A DNA stretch of 64,000 nt from Actinomycetales bacterium (GTDB lineage: Bacteria > Actinomycetota > Actinomycetes > Actinomycetales > Micrococcaceae): contig JBBSSM010000011.1 in assembly GCA_038242155.1 (NCBI GenBank), forward strand, positions 623 through 64,622, written 5' to 3'. The number at the start of each line of letters is the position of its first letter. The stretch's first letter is position 1. A program made the position numbers and the translations under genes. Shown piece after piece: positions 18,229 through 26,633 of this stretch. The notes beneath the pieces were generated by a model that worked only from the letters and a program-made list of their open reading frames with translations, searched no databases and had not been told where the DNA came from.

Positions 18229-18822
18229 TTATGAGCGTTGGGTTTCTTCGGGCGCTGGCGCGGATTTACGACGACGGTACGCGGCCACGTGGGCCCTGTT
18301 GCCGCAGTTGCCGGTATCGCAATAACGGCGTGAGCGGTTCTTGGACAGGTCCAGGACCACTGCGCAACAATTGGAGGCCGCGCAGACTTTCAGCCGCTCC
18401 CGCTCTTTGCTGCGGATGACGTCGGCCATGGCCATGGCTGCCTCCACGCCAATGCGCAGTGCCAAAGGTGCCGCGGGAACCGTGGCGTGTAAATGCCAAT
18501 CCCAGTGATCATGTTTCACCAACTGCGGCACCGCAGTAGCCCGGAATAGCAGTGCATTGACCTGGGCGGCCATGGCTTCCTCTTCTGCCGTAAACATGGT
18601 GCGCAGCTCATCGCGCAGGGCGCGTACGGCAGCCAACTCAGCTACGTCACGATCCCGCGCACCCGAGAATTGCTCGCGTTCCACGAAATTATCAAGGTGA
18701 GCCAGGGTCGTGAGGGAATCCTCGCCACTGACGACTCCTGCTGCACTCAGGGAGGAGGGTGCCGTGTTAATTAAATTTACGGCAGAGATGAGGGAAAGTT
18801 CAGTGTCATGACTAAAGACCAC
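18229..18822 (-). CDS. CGNR zinc-finger (ABATE domain) putative regulator
   Basis: The C-terminus (CAASNCCAVVLDLSKNRSRRYCDTGNCGNRAHVAAYRRR) carries the CGNR zinc-finger signature. Confidence 0.8.
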   Translation of the reverse strand: MVFSHDTELSLISAVNLINTAPSSLSAAGVVSGEDSLTTLAHLDNFVEREQFSGARDRDVAELAAVRALRDELRTMFTAEEEAMAAQVNALLFRATAVPQLVKHDHWDWHLHATVPAAPLALRIGVEAAMAMADVIRSKERERLKVCAASNCCAVVLDLSKNRSRRYCDTGNCGNRAHVAAYRRRKSAPAPEETQRS

Positions 18823-18894
18823 TTTGACTCCTGATAATTGCTGGGCATAGTGTCACTAGTATAACTTCCTTGACTCCTGACATTCGAGATTACC

Positions 18895-19908
18895 TTGCCA
18901 CCTTCACTGCCACCCCGCCGTCGCATTGTCACCTCACCTGCCCTGTTGCTGGCTTTTGTCTCAGCGGCAGCGTTTGCACTATCGGGTTCCTTTGCCAAAT
19001 CACTGTTTGATGTTGGCTGGTCCCCGGGAGCGGCTGTGGCTGCACGTATTGGCGGCGCCGCTGCGGTTCTTTTCATTCCGGTGGTGATTTCACTGGTGCG
19101 CAACTGGCACACGGTGAGAGGTTCCCTGCCCCGTATGGCAATTTACGGCGTCGTTCCCATTGCGCTGTGCCAATTATTTTATTTCAATGCCGTACAACAT
19201 TTGTCGGTGGGGGTGGCGCTGCTGCTGGAGTATCTTTCTCCCGTCCTTTTGGTGGCATGGGCTTGGGCAGCCACGCGGCAGCGGCCGCGGCTGCCCACCA
19301 TCCTTGGGGCCATCAGCGCCATGACGGGACTTGTGCTGGTGCTTGATTTAGCTGGCGGTCAGCAGGTGAGCATTGCAGGAATCCTCTGGGGTTTGGCGGC
19401 GGCCGTGTGCTCGGCCGTGTACTTTGTCATGTCCGCACGTGCCAATGACAACGTCCCTCCACTGCTCATGGCGGGGGGCGGCATGGCGGTGGGTGCAGTC
19501 ATGATTGTGGGATTGGGCGTGGTTGGAATACTGCCCATGGCTTTTACCTTCAACAACCCCGTCTTTGCCGGGAAGGAGGTGCACTGGCTGCTGCCCGTGC
19601 TGGGATTGGTGCTTGTAACAACCGTGTTTGCCTATGTTGTGGGCATTGTCGCCACCCGCGGCTTGGGCTCTAAAGTGGCGTCCTTTGTGGCCCTTTTCGA
19701 AGTGCTGTTTGCAGTGATTTGGGCCTGGATCCTGCTGGGGGAATTGCCCCGTGCCATCCAGCTGCTGGGCGGGCTGTGCATTATGGGTGGCGTAGTCATG
19801 GTGCGCCTCGACGACCTCCGCGGATCCCCGGGGCGTGGTCCAAGCCAGGTTGTGGAGCTCGCAGTGGAACCCACGCATGTCACGCCTGCCAAAGCACAGC
19901 AACTGTAG
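18895..19908 (+). CDS. EamA/DMT family transporter
   Basis: About 10 hydrophobic helices in two EamA-like halves. TTG start in the track, so the exact start is uncertain. Confidence 0.75.
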   Translation: MPPSLPPRRRIVTSPALLLAFVSAAAFALSGSFAKSLFDVGWSPGAAVAARIGGAAAVLFIPVVISLVRNWHTVRGSLPRMAIYGVVPIALCQLFYFNAVQHLSVGVALLLEYLSPVLLVAWAWAATRQRPRLPTILGAISAMTGLVLVLDLAGGQQVSIAGILWGLAAAVCSAVYFVMSARANDNVPPLLMAGGGMAVGAVMIVGLGVVGILPMAFTFNNPVFAGKEVHWLLPVLGLVLVTTVFAYVVGIVATRGLGSKVASFVALFEVLFAVIWAWILLGELPRAIQLLGGLCIMGGVVMVRLDDLRGSPGRGPSQVVELAVEPTHVTPAKAQQL

Positions 19909-19979
19909 CGGATTAGGGCCACGTGCCAGCACTGCGGACGCTCCGTCGGAGGAGTCCTGGGATGTCATTCAGGCGTGTC

Positions 19980-20189
19980 TTAGGCGCTGTTGGGAATCAG
20001 CAAGTAACCGGCTTCGCCAATGGCGGCTGAATCGGGTACCTGGTTTGAAGTGATGGTGAGCTGGGAAACGCCGCCGGAGTTGAGGGTGATGTGCACGCCC
20101 TCCACGCCATAAAGTTCCTTGATTTCCTCACTGACGGAGGTGACGCAGCGCTTGCAGGCCATGCCTGAAACATTGACAGCGGTTTTCAT
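19980..20189 (-). CDS. Heavy-metal-associated (HMA) domain protein, CopZ-like
   Basis: 69 aa (MKTAVNVSGMACKRCVTSVSEEI...) with a GMxCxxC-type metal-binding motif. ATG at 20189. The longer track ORF (to 20456) only reads through the upstream palindrome. Confidence 0.75.
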   Translation of the reverse strand: MKTAVNVSGMACKRCVTSVSEEIKELYGVEGVHITLNSGGVSQLTITSNQVPDSAAIGEAGYLLIPNSA

Positions 20190-20222
20190 GTTTCGAGGCT
20201 TCCTTTTGCCAGTTCTTAACCC

Positions 20223-20286
20223 CGCGCGTACGTCCCCGCTTTTCGCGCATGTCCGGGGGTACGCGAAAAGCGGGGACGTACGCGCG
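20223..20286. repeat. Perfect 25-bp inverted repeat (hairpin/palindrome) in a divergent intergenic region
   Basis: I paired CGCGCGTACGTCCCCGCTTTTCGCG (20223-20247) base by base with CGCGAAAAGCGGGGACGTACGCGCG (20262-20286). All 25 pairs match, with a 14-nt loop. Confidence 0.9.
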
Positions 20287-20356
20287 CTCCATTGGCCATA
20301 TATTACCGACCGGTTACCCCTTGTGGGCCTGTAATCCTGGTGCTGAACTTTAAACC

Positions 20357-21463
20357 ATGAGTACGCCGGAAAAGCATGCGCAGAGGACCTTATTAGCGGT
20401 GGGGACCAAAAAGGGTTTGTGGTTGGGCACCAGCACTGACCGCAAAAACTATTCATTCACTGGCCCACATTTTCTCATGGAGGAAATACCGAGCATTGCC
20501 ATTGATACCCGCGGGGGACGGAACCGGATCCTGCTGGGTCTGCGCAGTGAGCATTGGGGGCCCACGGTGGTGCATTCGGATGACCTGGGGGAAAGCTGGC
20601 AGGAACCAGAACAGGGTGCCATTGTGTTCCCGCCGGACACCCATGCCGCAGTGGAGCGTGTGTGGCAAATCCAGCCAGACACGGCCAACCGTCCAGGTGT
20701 TGTGTGGGCCGGTTGTGAACCCATTTCCGTCTGGAAATCCACCGATGGCGGCCGGCACTTTGAACTTAACCGCGGACTTTGGGACCATCCGCACCGCAGC
20801 GAATGGGGTGCCGGATACGGTGGCGCAGCCGCCCACACCGTGCTTCCCAGCCCCGCAAATGACACCGTCCATGTGGCCATGAGCACCGGCGGCGTGTATC
20901 GCAGTGATGACGGGGGAGCATCGTGGCGGCCGAGGAATACCGGCATTGGTGCGCCCTTCATGCCGGATCCGCCCCCAGAATTTGGCCAATGCGTACACAA
21001 AGTGGCCCGTGACGCCAAGGAGCCGGACACCTTGTTCGCACAAAACCACCACGGCGTCTACCGCACCAGTAACGGCGGGGATACGTGGGAGTCAATTGCC
21101 GGGGGTTTGCCCACCGACTTTGGCTTCACCATACTGGCTCACCCCCACCGCTCCGGCACCGCGTGGGTGATTCCCATTAAGGCAGATGGCGAGAGGATCC
21201 CGCCCGACGGCCACCTTGCGGTTCACCGCACTGACGACGCCGGAGCGTCCTGGACACGCTTGGCGGATGGCCTGAGGGACCCGGAGTACAACGTGGTGCT
21301 CAGGGATGCGGCGGCGGTGGATACCGCGGAACCGGCGGGCGTGTATTTTGGCACGCGCGGTGGCTCCGTTTACGCCAGCCCTGACGAAGGTGCACACTTT
21401 GCCGAGGTGCTCAGCCAGCTGCCCGACGTTTTATGCGTTCGCGCTGCGGTTCTCGGACAGTAA
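20357..21463 (+). CDS. BNR/Asp-box repeat beta-propeller protein (sialidase/xyloglucanase-like fold, function unknown)
   Basis: Six Asp-box-like motifs: HSDDLGESW, STDGGRHF, RSDDGGASW, TSNGGDTW, RTDDAGASW and SPDEGAHF. No signal peptide is evident. Confidence 0.8.
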   Translation: MSTPEKHAQRTLLAVGTKKGLWLGTSTDRKNYSFTGPHFLMEEIPSIAIDTRGGRNRILLGLRSEHWGPTVVHSDDLGESWQEPEQGAIVFPPDTHAAVERVWQIQPDTANRPGVVWAGCEPISVWKSTDGGRHFELNRGLWDHPHRSEWGAGYGGAAAHTVLPSPANDTVHVAMSTGGVYRSDDGGASWRPRNTGIGAPFMPDPPPEFGQCVHKVARDAKEPDTLFAQNHHGVYRTSNGGDTWESIAGGLPTDFGFTILAHPHRSGTAWVIPIKADGERIPPDGHLAVHRTDDAGASWTRLADGLRDPEYNVVLRDAAAVDTAEPAGVYFGTRGGSVYASPDEGAHFAEVLSQLPDVLCVRAAVLGQ

Positions 21464-21466
21464 ATC

Positions 21467-21757
21467 ATGGCCCGCGAGGTAACGGTGCTGGTACCCCGGT
21501 TACTGCAGCCCCTGGTGGGCGGTAACCCGGATCTGCTGCTGGAGGTGGGTGATGGCGCCTCGGTCGCGGAGCTGTTGGATGCCATTGGGGCGCAATATCC
21601 GGTTTTTGGCCGCCGGGTACGCAATGAAACCGGGGCATTGCGGCGCTACGTCAATATTTATGTTGACGGTGACGACGTCCGGCGCGGCGCCGGATTACAG
21701 TCGCGCGTGACCGCCGGCCAGGAACTCATGATCATCCAGTCCGTGGCCGGCGGCTAA
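21467..21757 (+). CDS. ThiS/MoaD-family ubiquitin-like beta-grasp protein with C-terminal Gly-Gly
   Basis: 96 aa, ending ...MIIQSVAGG then the stop. VNIYVDGDDV is typical of MoaD/SAMP-like proteins. It starts 4 nt after the BNR gene stop. Confidence 0.8.
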   Translation: MAREVTVLVPRLLQPLVGGNPDLLLEVGDGASVAELLDAIGAQYPVFGRRVRNETGALRRYVNIYVDGDDVRRGAGLQSRVTAGQELMIIQSVAGG

Positions 21758-21764
21758 GGAAAAG

Positions 21765-22043
21765 CTACACCGCGTCGAGATCGGTTTCCAGCATGGCTGC
21801 CAGGGAATCCAAGGCTGCCTCGGAGCCCTCGCCCTCCGCCCGCAAAACTACAACGCTGCCGTGTTCGGCGCCAAGAGTCATCAGTGACAGAATGCTGCTG
21901 GCATCCATGGCCTCGTCAATTGGGTCGCCCTCCATGGCGATGGTGACTTCCACGCCCGCTTCACCGGCGGCAGCAGCGAAAAGGGATGCGGGGCGGGCAT
22001 GGAGCCCGGAGCTGCTGGCAACTGTGGCTTTACGTTCGAACAA
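21765..22043 (-). CDS. ptsH: PTS phosphocarrier protein HPr
   Basis: 92 aa with the SSSGLHARPASLF active-site His motif. Confidence 0.92.
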   Translation of the reverse strand: MFERKATVASSSGLHARPASLFAAAAGEAGVEVTIAMEGDPIDEAMDASSILSLMTLGAEHGSVVVLRAEGEGSEAALDSLAAMLETDLDAV

Positions 22044-22101
22044 AATAACTCCTAGGATTACGTTGGTTTGGCAGGATCTGTGGACCCCGCCATGTATCTG
22101 C

Positions 22102-23787
22102 TTAGAGTCCGAGCTCTGCGAGGACGGGCAGTTTCTCTCGTGCCCATTGCCGTGCCTGCTCGGGACTGCTTGCTTTCAGTGCCAGTGTAGCGATTTCCTG
22201 AGCTTGCGCTAGTGTCACGGTAGCCAAAACAGCGCCCACCGCTGCCAAGGACCTGGCCGTCATGGAGAGCGTGGACACACCCAATCCCACTAGGACGACG
22301 GCGAGCGCGGGGTCCGCTGCGGCCTCGCCGCACACCCCGACTGGTTTGCCGCTGCCTTCCGTCACCGATCCTGCCACAGTGAGACGGACCAGGTGCAGCA
22401 CTGCGGGTTGCCATGGGTTGTTCAACGCCGCCAAGGGCCCCAGTTGACGGTCGGCGGCCATGGTGTACTGCGTGAGGTCGTTGGTGCCCAGGCTGGCAAA
22501 AGACACTTCCCGGAGGATGGCGTCGGCTGTCACGGCAGCCGACGGAACCTCCACCATGACGCCGGGTGTGTCAAGACCTGCAGCGCGGCACATGGCTGCG
22601 AAATCCGCTGCCTCTCCGGCGGTGGAAATCATGGGGGCCATGACCCAGACGTCGGCGTCGGTGCTTTGTGCGGCTTCGGCAATAGCCGCCAGCTGGCGGG
22701 CCAGCACACCCGGGGAGGACAGGTCCGTGCGGTATCCACGCACCCCCAGGGCCGGGTTTGGTTCCGTGGCGTCCGTAAGGAACGGCAGGGGTTTGTCGGC
22801 ACCGGCGTCGAGGGTTCGGACCACCACCTTCTTGCCGGGGAAAGCGTCGAAGACGCCCCGGTAGGCGGCCAGCTGCTCCTCGTGTGTGGGTTCGGTTTCA
22901 CGTTCCAAAAAGCAGAACTCCGTACGCAGCAGCCCCACGCCTTGGGCGCCGGCCGCCGCAGCCTTTTGGGCATCCTTGGCGCCCCCCACATTGGCCAACA
23001 GGGGCACCAGGTAACCATCCGCCGTCGTGCCGTTCCCGTCAAAGACCGACAGCTGCGAGGCGGTGGCGGCCCAGGCGGCCGCGGCTGCGCGTTCCGTGTC
23101 ACCGGGTGCTGTGGAGATGGTGCCGGCTGCGCCGTCAACGTAAACCTCCGTGCCATCGGCCAGTTCATCAATGCCTATGGCCGCCACCACGGCAGGAAGG
23201 CCCAATGACCGGGCGATGATGGCTGTGTGGGATTGCGGGCCGCCGCCGGCTGTCACCAGTGCCTGCACCTTGTCGGGATCCAGCGTGGCTGTATCGGCCG
23301 GGGCCAAATCTTCGGCAGCAAGGATGAAGGGCACGTCGGATGAGGGAATGCCAGGGGCGGGAACCCCGCGCAGCACGGCCACGATCCGGGCCCGCACGTC
23401 CAAGACGTCGGTGGCCCGTTCAGCCATGTATCCGCCCAAATTTACCAGCATGGTGGCTACTGTCTCGGCAGATTCCCAAATGGCGCGTTCAGCGGAGGTG
23501 CCCGCATTGATTAATTTCACGGCCGACTTTAAGAGCATGGGGTCGACGGCCATTTGCGCCGTGGCTTCCAGCACGGCTTTGGCGTCGGTGCGGGCAGTGC
23601 TGGCGCGTTCCTGCAGTTCCACCTGAACGGTTTTGGCAGCTGCCTTAAGCGAGGCCACCGCATCGGCTGGGTCAAGTCCATCGTTTAGTTTTTCGCCAGC
23701 GGCTGGCTCAGCCAGCGGCTTGGGCATTTGCCGGATTAGTCCCGTAATGCGTCCGGGACTGACCCCTACTCCTGAGAAATTCTGCAT
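22102..23787 (-). CDS. ptsI: Phosphoenolpyruvate-protein phosphotransferase (PTS enzyme I)
   Basis: 561 aa with GGPQSHTAIIARSLGLPAVV (phospho-His region) and LGTNDLTQYTMAADR (PEP-utilising C-terminal motif). Confidence 0.93.
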   Translation of the reverse strand: MQNFSGVGVSPGRITGLIRQMPKPLAEPAAGEKLNDGLDPADAVASLKAAAKTVQVELQERASTARTDAKAVLEATAQMAVDPMLLKSAVKLINAGTSAERAIWESAETVATMLVNLGGYMAERATDVLDVRARIVAVLRGVPAPGIPSSDVPFILAAEDLAPADTATLDPDKVQALVTAGGGPQSHTAIIARSLGLPAVVAAIGIDELADGTEVYVDGAAGTISTAPGDTERAAAAAWAATASQLSVFDGNGTTADGYLVPLLANVGGAKDAQKAAAAGAQGVGLLRTEFCFLERETEPTHEEQLAAYRGVFDAFPGKKVVVRTLDAGADKPLPFLTDATEPNPALGVRGYRTDLSSPGVLARQLAAIAEAAQSTDADVWVMAPMISTAGEAADFAAMCRAAGLDTPGVMVEVPSAAVTADAILREVSFASLGTNDLTQYTMAADRQLGPLAALNNPWQPAVLHLVRLTVAGSVTEGSGKPVGVCGEAAADPALAVVLVGLGVSTLSMTARSLAAVGAVLATVTLAQAQEIATLALKASSPEQARQWAREKLPVLAELGL

Positions 23788-23927
23788 TGAACGTCCTCAA
23801 TTCCTTGTCGCTGGCGGCGGAGCTGGTCTCCAGTGCCTGCGGGATTCATTCCGCGGGTGCGGCATGCCTTAAAGTTACCCTGTGATTCACTTCATATAGC
23901 ATTGTTATAGGTGTTAGGGTAGCAGTC

Positions 23928-24650
23928 ATGAACTACGACAGCCAGCTTCCGCCCAAGGCACGGCTGCTTAAAGCTGCGGCAGAACTATTGGCAGGTTCTG
24001 GTGGCGGTCCCGTTTCAACCCGGCAAATCACCACGCTGGCGGCAGTGACTGCACCTACGCTCTATCACCACTTTGGTGACAAGGACGGATTGTTCAATGC
24101 AGTGATCGATGCTGGTTTTGAAGAGTACGTCGCCGGGGAACACAGTGTGGTGGCATCCGGGCATCCGCTCATGGATGTACGGCAAATCTGGGATAACCAC
24201 CTGCAGTTTGGGCTTGACAACCCACAGCTGTATTCAGTGATGTTTGGCAATATTCGCCCCGAAAGCCGTCCGGTGCGGATTGCTGAAGCCGAAGGGTTCA
24301 TGCAGGAGATGCTGGAAAAGGCAGCTGTTGCCGGCCAGCTGCGCGTTTCCCCCCAAGAAGCGGCCAGAAGTATTTTGGCTGCCAACGTTGGCGTCACCTT
24401 GATGTTGATCTCCGAACCCGCGGAGCAGCGCAATTTTGACCTCTCGAACATGACCCGTGAAGCAGTCATCTCCGCGGTTTCCTCCGAATCCGAGCTGAGC
24501 GCAGCCGCAGCACCCGTGGGGTCGTCGTCGGTGGTCGTGGCGGCCATTGCCCTCAATGCAGCACTTGAATCATCCCACCCGGAGCAACTGACAACTTCGG
24601 AGTTGAAGTTGTTCCTGGAGTGGCTGGATCGGATCTCCAAAAATTCTTAA
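23928..24650 (+). CDS. TetR/AcrR family transcriptional regulator
   Basis: N-terminal HTH (STRQITTLAAVTAPTLYHHFGDKDGL), typical of TetR proteins. Confidence 0.85.
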   Translation: MNYDSQLPPKARLLKAAAELLAGSGGGPVSTRQITTLAAVTAPTLYHHFGDKDGLFNAVIDAGFEEYVAGEHSVVASGHPLMDVRQIWDNHLQFGLDNPQLYSVMFGNIRPESRPVRIAEAEGFMQEMLEKAAVAGQLRVSPQEAARSILAANVGVTLMLISEPAEQRNFDLSNMTREAVISAVSSESELSAAAAPVGSSSVVVAAIALNAALESSHPEQLTTSELKLFLEWLDRISKNS

Positions 24651-24713
24651 AACCCCAGCTTTTACCCTCCAACTATTCCTGCGCAGGCGCAGGCCTCACG
24701 GATAGGACTTAAC

Positions 24714-26633
24714 ATGGCAACACCATCAGTGGCAGCCCCCAAGGGCGGCACACGCGTGGCGGTGCAAAAATTTGGCACCTTCCTCTCGGGCATGATCATG
24801 CCCAATATTGGCGCATTCATTGCGTGGGGCCTGATCACGGCGCTGTTCATTCCCGCAGGGTTCCTGCCCAATGAAACCATGGGGGCCATGGTGGGCCCCA
24901 TGATCACCTACCTGCTGCCGTTGCTGATTGGCTACACGGGCGGCAAGATGATCCATGGCGTTCGCGGTGGCGTTGTTGGCGCCGTGGCCACCATGGGTGT
25001 GATTGTGGGCACCGACATTCCCATGTTCATTGGTGCCATGATTATGGGACCCTTGACTGCCTGGCTGATGAAGAAGCTTGACAGGGTATGGGAAGGCCGG
25101 GTCAAGCCGGGCTTTGAAATGTTGATTGACAACTTCTCTGCCGGCATTTTCGGTGGCATCATGGCCATAGTTGGTCTGTACGTTGTGGGACCCCTGGTGC
25201 TGGCATTCAGCAACGGCGCCGGACTGGTGGTGGAATTCCTTGTCAATTACGGTTTGCTGCCGCTGACCAGCATCTTCATTGAACCTGCCAAGGTCTTGTT
25301 TTTAAACAATGCCATCAACCATGGAATTCTCACCCCGCTGGGTACTGAACAGGCGCTCGCCGATGGCAAGTCCATGCTCTTTTTGCTGGAAGCCAACCCC
25401 GGCCCCGGTCTGGGCATCCTGCTCGCCTACGCCATCTTCGGCAAGGGCATGGCCAGGGCCTCCGCCCCCGGCGCAGCTGTCATCCAGTTCCTCGGTGGCA
25501 TTCACGAGATCTACTTCCCCTACATCCTCATGAAGCCCGCCATGATTCTGGCAGCCATTGGCGGCGGTATGGCAGGCATCTTCATGCTGGTCCTCACCGG
25601 CGCCGGTCTGGTGGCTCCGGCCGCGCCGGGCAGCATCTTCGCGGTCTTTGCCATGACAGCCAAGGACAGCTACCTGGGCGTGGCCCTGTCAGTATTGGCA
25701 GCGGCGGGGGTTTCCTTCATCATTGGTTCGTTCATTCTCAAGGTCAGCAAGGCCCCCGACGAGAGCGATCTCGGTGAAGCCACCGCCAAGATGGAAGGCC
25801 TCAAGGGCAAAAAAAGCTCAGTTGCCTTCGCGCTCGCCGGTGACGGTGCTACCGGACCCATCAACACGGTGGTGTTCGCATGCGACGCCGGCATGGGCTC
25901 CAGTGCCATGGGTGCTTCCGTGCTGCGCAATATGATTAAAAAAGCCGGGTTCCCGGAGGTCAAGGTCACCAACTCGGCCATTGCCAATCTCACGGACAGC
26001 TACGACGTCGTGGTGACGCACCAGGACCTCGCAGCCCGGGCGGCCCCGTCCACGGCCAGTGCCGTGCACGTGTCCGTGGACAATTTTATGAACAGCCCCC
26101 GCTATCAGGAAATAGTTGAACTGGTAACGGCCAGGAACTCCGGTTCCGCCGCTCCCGTTGCGACGCCTGTGACAGGTGCCAGCCCTGAAGCAGCTGTGGA
26201 CGGTGAGGTGTTGGCGCCGGAAAGCGTGATTTTAAACGGCACAGCCACCACCCGGGACGCCGCCATTGATGAAGCCGGCGCCTTGCTGCTGGCCCGCGGC
26301 GCTGTCAATGCCGAGTATGTGCGTTCCATGCATGCACGCGAGGAATCCGTTTCCACGTACATGGGCAACTTTCTGGCCATTCCACATGGCACCAATGAAG
26401 CCAAGGGCAACATTTCCAGCTCTGCCGTTTCCATCATTCGCTACCCTGAGGGCATTGACTGGAACGGCAAGCCTGTCAAGTTTGTTGTAGGTGTTGCGGG
26501 AGTGAACAACGAGCACTTGGCCATCTTGTCCTCCATTGCCCGGGTCTTTACGGACAAGGAGCAGGTGGCCCGGTTGGAACGGGCCGACACGGTTGCAGAA
26601 GTTCTCGACATCTTTGGAAAGGTGAATGCCTGA
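24714..26633 (+). CDS. mtlA: PTS mannitol-specific transporter, fused EIICBA
   Basis: IIC membrane domain, IIB Cys motif (VFACDAGMGSSAMGASVLR) and IIA His motif (NFLAIPHGT). mtlD follows. Confidence 0.9.
   Translation: MATPSVAAPKGGTRVAVQKFGTFLSGMIMPNIGAFIAWGLITALFIPAGFLPNETMGAMVGPMITYLLPLLIGYTGGKMIHGVRGGVVGAVATMGVIVGTDIPMFIGAMIMGPLTAWLMKKLDRVWEGRVKPGFEMLIDNFSAGIFGGIMAIVGLYVVGPLVLAFSNGAGLVVEFLVNYGLLPLTSIFIEPAKVLFLNNAINHGILTPLGTEQALADGKSMLFLLEANPGPGLGILLAYAIFGKGMARASAPGAAVIQFLGGIHEIYFPYILMKPAMILAAIGGGMAGIFMLVLTGAGLVAPAAPGSIFAVFAMTAKDSYLGVALSVLAAAGVSFIIGSFILKVSKAPDESDLGEATAKMEGLKGKKSSVAFALAGDGATGPINTVVFACDAGMGSSAMGASVLRNMIKKAGFPEVKVTNSAIANLTDSYDVVVTHQDLAARAAPSTASAVHVSVDNFMNSPRYQEIVELVTARNSGSAAPVATPVTGASPEAAVDGEVLAPESVILNGTATTRDAAIDEAGALLLARGAVNAEYVRSMHAREESVSTYMGNFLAIPHGTNEAKGNISSSAVSIIRYPEGIDWNGKPVKFVVGVAGVNNEHLAILSSIARVFTDKEQVARLERADTVAEVLDIFGKVNA

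Noticed and set aside
20190-20456. Extension of the CopZ-like ORF, plus the 71-aa plus-strand ORF at 20119-20334 that gives near-mirror peptides.
   Set aside because: Both are artefacts of translating the 25-bp palindrome in both directions. The HMA domain is complete from the ATG at 20189.
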